Assembly (NCBI GenBank): GCA_035084275.1 | Contig: CM068750.1 | Coordinates: forward strand, 9,548,001-9,612,000 | DNA from: Hydrolagus colliei | Lineage: Eukaryota | DNA length: 64,000 nt | Reading direction: 5' to 3' | Shown here: positions 49,301 through 60,833 of the stretch, piece after piece | How the letters are laid out: each line of letters begins with the position of its first letter | Numbering within the stretch: the stretch's first letter is position 1 | Program-made: the position numbers and the translations under genes | Notes under the pieces: model-generated | The model's database searches: none | Told to the model about the DNA's origin: nothing | What the model saw: only the letters and a program-made list of their open reading frames with translations

Positions 49301-51920
49301 GTAGTGAAGGAAGGATGCCCTTCCATGAATTCCAATAGTGCTTGTGTCATGCGCACTTTCTTCACACAGACTCCCTTGGCAATGGCAGGATGTCAAGGAG
49401 ACATGATTCTGTCATTCTTAAAAATCAAGTTTCCCATCTTAGGTAAAACGGCATCACTGAAACAGCAGAGATTTCTTGTAAACTGGTGATGGCGTTATTT
49501 TACCTCTGCGCATATCCCTTGACACACAGCATATCATATGTGAGCACTGGTGCAGGAGAATCAATGATTTAGGAAGGGTTTATCTGCTGAAGAAGGTGGG
49601 CAGTCTTAGCGTGAAGCAATAGCCACCCGTCAGTTCCAAGACTCTTCTTTATGGTAGAACTGTGGCGAATAAATACAAGCAATGGACAATTTACAAGCAC
49701 TATGTATAGACAGGAAAGATAGCTCAGAATAAAAGCAGGTGTACTGTAAGTAGATATATTTACCATTCAAATGATTTTTTTTTTTAAAATGTCATATTTT
49801 TAGGAAACAGAATCTCTTTTGTGTTTCTTCTCGTATCCACTATGCCTGGTTCTGTGTCAGAGTGGAAGGGCAGCGAGACAATGTGCCCTCAGGACTCTCC
49901 CCAGTGCAGCTCTCCATAGAAGGTGGTGGTTTTCCTTTGCCCCCGCAGGCAGGCAACTACCCTCCATTTAGCGTCTCTTTTCAATGCCTCCGGCTAAGAC
50001 TGGGAACTTGACACATGGAACACTGCTGTTGTTAACCTGCATCACCCACTAACAGAGCCAAGATAAAAAGGAAAAAAAAAAATCATGAGTCTCGGAAATC
50101 TGAGTAGAAAGAGAAAATGCTGGTTAGGCCATGGAAAACCTTGAATTCGAAAGATAGGTTAACATTTTCTGTGCGTGCGTCTTGATCACAACTGAAAATG
50201 GATTGGTTGGCTGGGCTGCTAGGCTGGAGAAGAAGCCCTTTTATAGTATAGTTGAGGACAACTGTGGCAAGACCAAGAAACAAAGACTTTGTGAAAGCGG
50301 TGAAAAGTTAACCATGAGAGAATGATCGTCAACTGTAATCTTTCCCTGGATTCCATGATATGCTTTCTTGTTTGCAGCATCAGTCCTGACTTTCCATTTG
50401 AATTCCTGCCTGGAGATTGACAGGGATGCTTCTGGGATGTGATGTTGTCAATCTTCGACCTGTTACTGTGTGAGTGGATGAAAACTGTCCTATCAAGCAA
50501 ATCAAAGGTTTCCTTTAAAGTACGTTTGCCATCTGATGGCTTACATGTCACTTTAAGCTGTGCTGTATTCGCATTGATAATAATGTCACCCTCTGAGTTG
50601 TACATTTATTTTGATGAGACTGATGTAGGCTCTTTATCTACTACTTTCCTTCGCAAAGAAGTGATTAGTGAAGAATGATCTCAGGTTTAATTTGCGATTA
50701 AATCCTATTTTGTTTAATATGAAAAATAGTCTTACATACAGATGTGCACATCGAAATACAGGTATTATAGACAAAGAGGGCACCTCCTAGTCATTTTTTT
50801 GCAGTGGGGAAGGAGGCAGAGGAGCGAGATCCTTCATCTGCTCACAGGCAAAACATCTTACTCACTATTCTGTGAGGGTAATGAGTGATAACATTTCTCC
50901 ACTAGGTTACTGGCTGCGACATTCTATTCTGGAGAATACGACTACATCATCCGTCTAGTCAGTGGCAATGTACCTTCTGCTGAACAACAGTGGAGCTCTG
51001 CTGTATGTGGCTTTGAAGGAATCTGCAGCTCAGCTGCATGCCTTACTGACTGGAGAATACAGCAAGGAGCTGAGGGACTGTGAAAAACAATTTTTTTTCA
51101 AAAGAAAAGAAAGAGCGGGGACTATAGAGAGTTCACTGGTGAATACGAAACAAAGTCCATAATTGCTTGTACTTATACCTGTTGTTCTGTATTTCAAGCA
51201 GCATTCAAAGAACCAGAAGGGAATAAAATAGCTGTACAAAAGGAATTCAATATTAAAAACAAGATAACAGTGCAGTATAAAAATATATGCCCCCACCAAA
51301 ATGCAAACATTTCTAGACGGTGGCAAATAGAACATCCGTGTAAACCAAAGATCTGTACAGATGATAAATATAATTAATCTGAAGCAAATTATTTAGAAAC
51401 AAGCCCATTTTTCAAATGACAGAACAGAAGCCATTCACAAGGTCTGACCACTATTGCGCAGTTTGGGTATCCGACAAGAGCAGCTTTTAAAAGGTTGAGA
51501 TTGGCTTACACTGTGTCGGCAATATTCTTGTATTTAAACCCATGAACACATGTAGTCTGGTCTTAAATTCTATTTCCAGCAGTTGTTTTGAAGATAGCAG
51601 AATTAATAACACTAAGAGCTGGTTTGTAATGTCATTATCTTGGAATTATCAGCCAGAGTATTACTGTAAAGAGATTTGGCTCTCCTAGTGGAATTTATCA
51701 TCTGAACTGAGTAATCTGCAGCTAGATTACATTACACAAACTACTAATAATAAATCAGATAGATTATATTGCAGACAACATAGAATGAAAAAGACATTCA
51801 AATGCATTTCTGCACACACTCGCCATTTTCCCAAGAAAAATAAAATCACACTTAAAGGACATATTCTTGCAGGTTGGTTGCGTTTTATTCAAAATGCAGT
51901 ACCTTTCTTAAATGAGTCTT

Positions 51921-51944
51921 TGTGTGTGTGTATGTCTGTGTGTG
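51921..51944. repeat. Imperfect (TG)n microsatellite
   Basis: TGTGTGTGTGTATGTCTGTGTGTG read directly. Confidence 0.8.
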
Positions 51945-53309
51945 TTGCTTGAAGATGGAATATTTGAATTTCTTAATCTGATCATTACTACCAGCGGAGA
52001 GCCGAGGGTGTGTAAGGTAAACCTCAACATTATGTTCTGCAGCCCACTCACTATTTATAGCACCATGCTCTGAATCATTAGGATTAGCTCACCATGGTGA
52101 AAATACTGCAAAAAAAATCGTTTTTTTCTGCACAGCAAGAAAAAAGGTTAAGCTAGTTTTGACACTGACAGCTGGGACACTATAGGAGGCTGATAGGATT
52201 TACTTCATCCCAGGAGAGATTGCCTATGGTGCTTTTAAGCCAATACAACCAAGGCTTCCATAGGTTTTAAACGTAGCATCGTACCATGGCATGAGTGTAT
52301 GTAATCACACTTGAACTCTGAACCTAAGTTTTACAAAAAGCAGTTCGAAGATGTCTGAGAATACTATGCAATAAGCCTGAACCATTGAAAGCCGCCAAAG
52401 TGAGCTCAGTTTCTGTGAATAGGTGACATGCAGAAGTATATGGAGCTGCACAGGCAGTTTAAGTGAAACAAAACCGCCTGTTTCAGTGCTTACTTGGTTG
52501 TTGTATTTACCATTGTATGGGACAAGAAAAATCTACAGATGCTGGTCTGATTGACCTGTTGTTGGTTTCCAACCGTTCAGATATAGCACAAATCCAAATC
52601 CCTATGAACCACTTCATTCTGCTCAGCTACATTCCTATTGTTTTAAGTTTGAAATGATTTCTCCCTCACATTTTAAATCTCCTGTTTACTAGGTTCTTAA
52701 GTGTAATGTGCTGTCTGTGGACCGAAGGGTATGGAGATATCCAGTCCTTTGGCCTCTCGCCAATGCTGCACCGTAACCAGCCGCTGGGAGGTAAATTAAG
52801 GGGATAGATCGCACTGATTTACAGCTTGATTTTCCCTCTCTTCTTTCCAATCAGCCACTTAGCCCTGCTCCCCTTTATCTTATAGGCCAGCAAAGATCAG
52901 GAACCTACAGTGCATGAAGTCCTGCACGTGGACTAACATCCTTCCACTCTGTCACAAGTTTGGCAATATCCTTTATGCACAAATTGAATGTTTTTTAAAC
53001 CAAGATCAGTGGAATTTACCAAAATACTTCAATGTTACACACTATAGAGCGATTATTTAAATAGATAGATTTCCAGTAATGCATGTACATTGTAGACATT
53101 TATCAAGGTCAGAGATGGGCTAACAACGCTTTGATAAAGCATGCTCAAAGAAATGTTTTACAATAAAGATGAAATTGAAGTGTATTAGGACTGAAAATAT
53201 AGAGAGTTAACAATAACATTTCATGGGCTGTTATAAACTCGCTCAATCTTCAGTTTATGATGGCATGTGGTTCCCTAAAGCATCCCCCCACCTTTATTCA
53301 GGATATATA

Positions 53310-53424
53310 TTTTGCCCACAAAATACACAGTCAATTTACATTACAATATATTCTGTGAAGTGCTTTTAGATGTCTCAACGTCATGATAAGGCGCTATATC
53401 AAATGCAAGGATTATTATTGTTAT
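53310..53424 (+). mobile_element. tRNA-SINE 3' fragment
   Basis: TTTTGCCCACAAAATACACAGTC...ATTCTGTGAAGTGC...GATAAGGCGCTATATCAAATGCAAGG(ATT)n. Confidence 0.8.
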
Positions 53425-54829
53425 ATTGTGTGCCTGTTGCTACTGAGTGAAGCAAGATGAACTGGAGGCAGTAATGAGCAGCAAAATCGACAATGATTTG
53501 CTGAGCACATTGGTTACTGCACAAAGTGATTTTTACATTTCTATCGCTGCTGTGTAATACACCCTGCGTTGTTTGTCTGAGGCTGATCAACAATGTTTCA
53601 AAGAAAATCATTAATTGACATCTAATGTTCAGTTTTCAATTATCGCAATGCTACTGCTCTTCCAGAGAAGAGAGAGGGAGGTACGTTTAATACTCCATGA
53701 AGTTGGTTTATGTATTTATTTCATGAATAAAGGAGATTGTATGGGGGAAAAATCTCATGTGTAAATGGGATTAACGTCGAATTTAACATCTTCACAAGGC
53801 AGTTTTGTATGACATATATCTATCGTTAAAAAGATAAAAGTCACTGTATTAGTGTCAATGACATCATATCCTCTAAACAGGCATTTCAGTATGCATGCAA
53901 AATTTTTCAAATGTACTGAATTTTGAGATATAATCATGACTGGAGCTCACTTAATTATTTCCTCAAATTAGGATGAACCAATGAGCCCACCACAGGTAGT
54001 GAGGCAAAAAGGATGTTAAAAATATTTGCCTGAAGAGAACAGATATCATAAAGGTAGTCAATCAAGGTGTGGAATTGAGGTTTGTAAGGTGTGAAATCAA
54101 GTATTGTGACAATACAGGAATTCTATGTGAAAGTACTTCCAAAATTTCTCCAGCTGTTTTCAAAATCAATTCCTTCCTGCACACATCAGTTTAGCAACAG
54201 CTCACAAAAGTGACATCCTGCTCATTCTTTTCCATGCCCTTCAGCAACAATGGAGGAAACCATGCAGAAAGAACTACCACATAGTTACTGAGCATATCTT
54301 TCTACTCCGTTGTATCAGTTATTTATAAGTATCCACTATATATTATTCCTTTTTTAGTCCCTTCAGTTGTCTGTTCATTGTTCATTTTTTCCTTGTATGT
54401 AATACCACAAGTGACTCAACCTCCTTTCCTTGTATTAGCTCATTAGATATACTATCATACCAATGGTTTGGCTGTAACCATGCATAGTTAACTTACATTT
54501 CCTGCCAAAATAGCCTTTATAGATGCAAACAAGAATATTCAAGGCATATGCTTTCGTTCTAACTAAAATCATTCCCAGAACTGAATAAATAGAATGCATA
54601 ATTGAGAACAGCATAACACTTGGTCAATTCCACTCTTGAAGAACTCTTTCCAAACTCACAAGCAACTCTGTCAGAACCGTAGTCACCTAATAGGGTTTGA
54701 GTTAAACAAAGTTAGAGTTGGGGTTCCTGCAATGTTGGTGGGCCATGACTTCAACTCACCTGAACTTCTGTTGTGGGATCATAAAATACGGGATGTGCAT
54801 TGCCTGTAACCTTACAGATATGCATAAAA

Positions 54830-54888
54830 AACAACTTAGATTTATATAGCGCCCTTCACGCAAGCATCTCAGAGCACTTCACAACAAC
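54830..54888 (-). mobile_element. Short L2/SINE 3' tail insertion
   Basis: CAACTTAGATTTATATAGCGCCCTTCACG...CATCTCAGAGCACTTCACA is the reverse of the L2-type terminus CGTGAAxGGCGCTATATAAAT. Confidence 0.65.
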
Positions 54889-54959
54889 GGATCCCGGGAC
54901 CGAGCTAGGAGCAGTGGTAGAAAGAGTATGGGCATAGCCTTAACTCAGCAAAGAATCAG

Positions 54960-55112
54960 GGTCTTTAGATTAATGAAAATTGTTGATACTGTTAACTTCT
55001 GTGAACAATTGGAAAACAGCTAGATGCTGCAATGAAATGGTTTTAGGGTAGGTATTCTAGATGGGTAAGATCAATGAGCCAAATTGTCATCTTCATCCAA
55101 ACCTTTCATGAT
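54960..55112 (+). mobile_element. CR1 3' end remnant (old)
   Basis: CAGCTAGATGCTGCAATG...GATGGGTAAGATCAATGAGCCAAATTGTCATCTTCATCC resembles a degenerate CR1 3' UTR. Confidence 0.4.
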
Positions 55113-56555
55113 CAATATTCTTTGCCAAGACTGAAGCATTTATGCAGAATCCCAATTCTATCACTGCCTTGTTTATTAGTGCACGTGACAAGAGGGGAAG
55201 GGAAGAAAAACACTTTTGGGGGAGTTTATTCCAGGAAATTTTAGATAATTTTAGTCAGCCAATGCACTGTGACTAAAATATAAACTATTAACTTTTTTTC
55301 AAACAAAATATTGAAATAGCTATTCTGTTCGTCAAAGTTCAATGGAAAGTTTATTTTTTTTAATTTTTTTTTGGCACACAACAGCAAACCACAAATTGGC
55401 TGTATTAATATCATCAAACTGAGAACTACATGACATAATAAAGAATCTATGACATTCCCCAGTGGTGAAAAACCACAGTATTATTCCTATTCTGCAGAAA
55501 AATGGATGTCCATAGAGCATTGTTCTTACTACTGTAATTATAACTACTGAGTTTTAAACTAAACTTGAGAGAGAAGTTAAAAAAAATTTAAGACTGAATG
55601 TCCTGATAATTAACAGCAAATTATTTCTGTATAAATTGGGTATGAATTCCATCATACATCAATAACATTGACCGCAGTGGCGGCTGACATTAGCATTCAC
55701 AGTTTTTGTAATGCAAAATTAGACTTAGTTCCAACAAAATAGCCTGGGATATTATTCTACAGGAGATATATAAAAAGCAAGGTTGTAAACATGAGGTTCA
55801 GAACACAGTTAAAAAACACTTAAAATTCAGAACTTTGCTCATTTATGGAATTCATGGATTAGAACTTCTAATATGTATTCTTAACAAACTATTATTTTCA
55901 ACATGTTAATAAACATGGACAAACATTGAAAAAAAAGTTGAGTGACACAGACCAGTTATACTTTAGAAGCAAGTTAGTCAGCTAGCTCACTATTATTCAC
56001 TGAAATTCACCTCAATTCCATTGTTTATTTACTGCCAATTGTCCTGTTGCATGTGTTTTTTTAAAAAAATTGTATAGTATTTCACTTCTTACTCCATCTC
56101 ATTCCACACTTTACTAACATACTTATGTCCAGTAATATAAACATTTTAATAACATATAAGATATCTTGGGAGTGAGGCTGGGGTGGGGGGGGGGCTGAGG
56201 TGGATGTGAAACAATTGAGTGTTTGCAGCTAGAGTTGGAAATTAGTCATCAGTCTTCCCACCAGGAGAATAAATATAAGTGGAAAAGGCAGATAATAAAA
56301 TCTCATAAAGAATGTAACTTATTTCTACTCCAAAGGGAAACAAGGATGCTTGGAGAAACATAGCTCAACAGTTCAGAAGTTAACTTTGCTTTGACGCCTT
56401 AAGCGCATGAGTAAGATTCTTCACTGAGTGGGACTGAGAAGTAGCCCAGGGGGTTTAAAAACATCTTACAAATACCAAGTTAAATCTCGTCTCCAATTTG
56501 ATCTTAAACCTATGTGTTAATGGCTTCCAAAATCTGGCTCGAACTACTTATGTTG

Positions 56556-56842
56556 AATAATAATAAAAAATAATATTTCTTGCATCTGATTTCTTGCACT
56601 TTTCACGGCTTCTAGGAGTACCAAATTGCTTCACAGAATATACTGTAAAGTGAATTGGCTGTATATTTGGGGGCAAAATGTGGCAACAGTCATGGATTTT
56701 TTTATTTTGGGAGGGGTGGTGGCTTTCTTGAGGGATTATTATCAGCCGTGTGGAGTAAGGAAACTTGTCCACGGTTTCTCCCTTCTGGAATCAAACCCAG
56801 GTCTCTCGAGGCGAGGCTCTAATCACTGAGGTACAGGACTCC
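56556..56842 (-). mobile_element. Short tRNA-derived SINE with complete head and internal deletion
   Basis: Minus strand starts GGAGTCCTGTACCTCAGTGATTAGAGC...CCTGGGTTTGATTCC, body GGACAAGTTTCCTTACTCCACACGGCTGATAATAATCCCTC, tail ATCAGATGCAAG plus ATT-rich end. Confidence 0.85.
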
Positions 56843-56845
56843 GGA

Positions 56846-58818
56846 ATAGATTCATAGATTCATAGATTCATAGAATTTCATGGCACAAAAGGAGGCCATT
56901 CGGCCCATCTAGTCTGTGCCGGCTCTTTGAAAAGAGCGATTCAATCCCACTGCCCTGCCCGCTCCCCATAGCCTAATAGACCTGTTCTCCCTAAATAAAG
57001 ATCTAATTCCCTTTTAAAAGTTGTTATCGAATCAGCCTCCATCACCTTTTCAGGCAATGCATTCCAGATTCGAACAACTCGCTGAGTGAAAACATTTCTC
57101 CTCAGCTCCCCTCTACTTCGCCTTGAAACTATTTTAAATCTGTGACCACGAGTCACAGATTCGCCCACGAGTGGAAATAGTTTTTCTCTATTTGCCCTGT
57201 CGAAACCCCTCATGATCTTATAAACCTCTATTAGGTCTCCCCTCAATCTTCTCTGCTCCAGAGAGAATAACCCTAGCCTATCTAGCCTCTCCTCATAGCT
57301 GAAGTCCCTCAATCCTGGCACCATCCTAGTAAATCTTCTTTGTACCCTTTCCAATGTCTTCACATCCTTTCTGTAGTGTGGTGACCAGAATTGAACACAG
57401 TATTCCAGCTGAGGCCTCACCAAAGTCTTATAGAGGTTAGTCAGCACTTCCTGACTTTTGTACTCTATACCCCTATTTATAAAGCCTAGTATCCCATATG
57501 CCTTCTTAACAGCCTTGTCTACCTGTCCTGCCACCTTCAACGAGTCACTAACACAAATCCCCAGGTCTCTCTGTTCCTTCACACCATTTAAAATTGTACT
57601 ATCTAGCCTATATTGCCTCCCTTCATTTCTTCTCCCAAAATGCATCACCTCACACTTCTCTGCATTAAACTTCATCTGCCATGTGTCTGCCCACTTTACC
57701 AATTTGTCTATATCCTCTTGCAGATGGCTACTATCCTCCTCACTATTTACTATTCTCCCTAACTTAGTGTCATCTGCAAACTTGGAAACTGTACTCCGTA
57801 CACCCAAGTCCAGATCATTGATGTAGATTACAAACAGCAATGGTCCCAAAACCGATCCCTGTGGCACACCACTGCTCACTTCCCTCCAGTCTGAAAAACA
57901 GCCGCTCACTACAACTCTCTGCTTTCTGTCTCGCAGCCAGTTGTGGATCCACGCTGCCACTGTCCCTTTTATGCCATGGGCCTTTAATTTCCTAATAAGT
58001 CTCTCATGTGGCACTTTGTCAAATGCCTTTTGAAAGTCCATGTAAACTTACCATGTAGTTACCAGGCTTGTCCTTCTGCCCCTTTTTATACAAGGGAGTA
58101 ACATTAGCTATCCTCCAGTCCTCTGGCACGACCCCTGTGTCCAAGGAAGATTGAAAGATCGTGGCCAGAGTCCCTGCTATTTGCTCCCGTGCCTCCCTTA
58201 GTAACCTAGGGTGCATCCCATCCGGACCAGGTGACGTATCCACCTTGAGCGACGTCAACCTTTTTAGAACTTCCTCTCTGGTTATAATTATTCTATCCAT
58301 TTCTCCTACCCTCTCCTCCAATACCATGGCATTGGCTGTATCCTTTTCTTTTGTGAAGATAGAGGCGAAGTACTCATTCAGTACATCAGCCATGCCCTCT
58401 GCCTCCACAATGAGATTTCCTCCTAGGTCCCTAATTGGCCCCACCCTATCCTTGACCAACCTTTTACTCTTAATATGTTGGTAAAAAACCTGAGGGTTCC
58501 CCTTAATCTTACTCGCTAATTGTTTTTCATGCAGTCTCTTTGCCCCTCTAACTTCCTTTTTTAGTTCTATCCTACACTTCCTATATTCTGCTTGGTTCCC
58601 TTCTGAATTTTGAGCCTGACACTTATCATAAGCCTCTTTTTTTTGTTTTATTTTGGCCCCAATTTCCTTAGTCATCCAGGGAGGTTTGGATGCCTTACAT
58701 TTCACCTTTGTGGGGATGCTTTTGACCTGTGCCTGAACTATCTCCTCTTTGAACACTGCCTCCTGCTCGTTAGTTGTCTTACCTGCCAATTTTTCTTTCC
58801 AATCCACCTTGGCTAGGT
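56846..58818 (-). mobile_element. Young 5'-truncated CR1 LINE (~2 kb)
   Basis: Long open ORF2 halves, 3' UTR GATGGGCCGAATGGCCTCCTTTTGTGCC and octamer tail ATTCTATG/(AATCTATG)n (plus strand ATAGATTC x3). Confidence 0.95.
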
Positions 58819-58822
58819 CCAA
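56941..58822 (-). pseudogene. CR1 ORF2 (reverse transcriptase), endonuclease missing, broken by one internal deletion/frameshift at ~58050
   Basis: ORF 58019-58822 (PPWMT, SPGPDGMHPRLL, VPEDWRIANVTPLYKKG..PGNY) and ORF 56941-58041 (DFQKAFDKVPH, GVPQGSVLGPLLF, FADD, LEYCVQFW, RIWNALP). Confidence 0.9.
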
Positions 58823-58836
58823 GGTGGATTGGAAAG

Positions 58837-59246
58837 TAGCTGTCAGTTGGTAGCGGTTGGTATCACTCTTGCCTCTGAGTCAGAAGGTTGTGGGCTTCTT
58901 AACCTACATTGGGACTTTGAACTCACAGCCAATACTGCAAAATAGTGTGTGGAGTCTGCTATGTTCTTGGAAGGGCAATCCTTCGAAATAGATGTTCAAT
59001 TACAATCTGCCTTTCTGGTGGACATTAATTCTATGGAACTATTCGAAAGGAAAATTTCTCCCATTATTCTGGACAACAATTCCTCAAATAAAACTGTTTA
59101 TTCAGTTCAGGTCTGCTTCTTGGACATATTGTCTGCCATGTTCACCTATAAATTCACAGTCACTACACATCACAGTAAAATCTGTAAAGTATTTTAAGGT
59201 ATCTCAACAACATGGGAAGGCATGATATCAAATGCTAGGATTACTA
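58837..59246 (+). mobile_element. Deu-domain tRNA-SINE (SacSINE1-like), diverged
   Basis: Head GTTGGTATCACTCTTGCCTCTGAGTCAGAAGGTTGTGGG, Deu remnants (GGTGGACATT...CTATGGAACTATTCGAA), 3' CAGTCACTACAC...GATATCAAATGCTAGGATTA. Confidence 0.8.
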
Positions 59247-59689
59247 ATGTCACGTTCAATCCGTAGTAGGGTTGAAATGATATGTGGTCTTATTCTGCAG
59301 TGACCTCAGCAGCCATATTACATCAGAGCTATTGGTTCAAAGTATACCGATGACAGTTAATGTGCATGCTTCATGCATCCATATGATGAATGAATAACTC
59401 ACATTTGTCGACGTCAAAACACGTCACTCAGCTGATAAATGTACTTGATGTCATGAGATGAGCATGGACCAGGTGAACTGCTTACATGAATCAAGTTGTG
59501 ATTTCTACTAAAGTCTGCTTTTCAAACAAAATCCACAAACTCTTTTTCATGCATTTTTAAAAAAATCGGGGAAGAAAACTGCTACACAAGAATAAACCTC
59601 AGGGGTTTGAAACAGAATAACGTCAGTGCCAATCACAAAATACAATAAACAGGCATTCTTTCAAAAAATAAGGTTAGGAGGTTTATTTT

Positions 59690-60100
59690 AACCGTATATA
59701 TTCAGAAGGAATCGAGTATTTTCTCTGGGCACAGCTAACTGGGTAGAATATTCTTGGCTTTCACGCCTTGTTACTGGATTACAACAGCTGCACGAACACT
59801 GAACTTGTCTACAACTGTTGAAATTATATCTGAGGGAGTTCTGATTTCACATTTGATGTCGGTCTTAAGTTGCTGCAGGGTAATGTGGTTGTCAGCACAT
59901 ACACATTTCTCCAGGTAATTCCACAAAAAGAAATCACACAGCCTTAAATCTGATGAAGTGCTGATGCCAGATGTGTTTTGTGCAGTAATAGACAAGCAAC
60001 TTTTCTTGAACAGCAGCCTACTCCCTCCCCCACCCCACACATTGTATTGCTTTTGAGAAATGCCGAGCCCTTTGGAAACTCCCTTCTTTTTCCACAGACA
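59690..60100 (-). mobile_element. Decayed Tc1/mariner-superfamily (DDD-type, maT/rosa-like) transposase C-terminal fragment
   Basis: ORF 59771-60040 contains SSDLRLCDFFLWNYLEKCVCADNHITLQQLKTDIKCEI...VVDKFSVRAAVVIQ, matching the motif SPDLxPCDFFLWGYLKxxVYxxxPxTLxxLKxxIxxEI. Confidence 0.75.
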
Positions 60101-60521
60101 AAAGGTTCAACAGCACAAAGGGCAGCTTTAATTCTGATCACCATATGACAAACCAGGCCTTCAAACAATTCTAATTTGTTTTTTATCTTCATGAATATAT
60201 GTTCTTCGTTTTGCTGCCTTCCCTTGCTGTTCCCTCTCCCAAATGATTTGTTTTATATAAGGAAACATCCTCCAGTAACTTGGAAGTCCAAGCCAAGTGT
60301 CGGTCGTCTTGCAGTAATTGTACGACCATTGCAACTTAGTCTGATAACACCTTCACCAGTAGCCACACATACATACTTCTAACAGTAGTCTATAGTCTGG
60401 AGAACAATCAAGAGTCCTTTTAATTTTTTTCCCTCTGTAACCTAAGAGTATGGGAGGGAGGTACACCGTGGTACCCCCAAAGATTTCACCTGCTTTGTCC
60501 TGACTTTATGGAGTCTGTAGC

Positions 60522-60826
60522 TAATAATAATCCTTGCATTTGATATAGCACTATCCATGTCTTCTAGACATCTCAAAGCGCTTCACAGAATATACTGTAA
60601 TGTGAATTGACTGCATATTTATGGGTGAAACATGGCAGCCAATTGCTCACAGCAGTGCCCTACAAACAGTTGTGGATTGAGTGACCAAATTATTATTGCT
60701 TTTTTTGAGAGATTATTATCAGGCATGTAGAGTAAGGAAACTTATCCAAGGTTTCACCCTGCCTGGAATTCAACCAAGGTTTTTCGCTTGCAAGGCGAGT
60801 GTGCGCTAACCATTGAGCTACAGGAC
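60522..60826 (-). mobile_element. Full-length short tRNA-derived SINE (left member of inverted pair)
   Basis: Minus strand GTCCTGTAGCTCAATGGTTAGCG...CTCGCCTTGCAAGCG...GGTTGAATTCCAGG (A/B boxes, TGC in anticodon-like loop) through ATCAAATGCAAGG(ATT)n. Confidence 0.9.
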
Positions 60827-60833
60827 AGCACAG

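Noticed and set aside
50219-50678. Overlapping 128-aa and 79-aa ORFs and an acceptor-like TTTCTTGTTTGCAG
   Set aside because: The putative plus-strand exon has stops in all three frames and the ORF peptides are unrecognisable.
52051-52060. MEF2 consensus CTATTTATAG
   Set aside because: Expected by chance in AT-rich DNA; no supporting cluster.
52730-52765. Short LF-SINE-like match (reverse GAGAGGCCAAAGGACTG)
   Set aside because: Only ~16 nt of similarity to a recalled consensus; flanks do not extend it.
57458-58484. Plus-strand ORFs of 122 and 107 aa
   Set aside because: Antisense shadows of CR1 ORF2.
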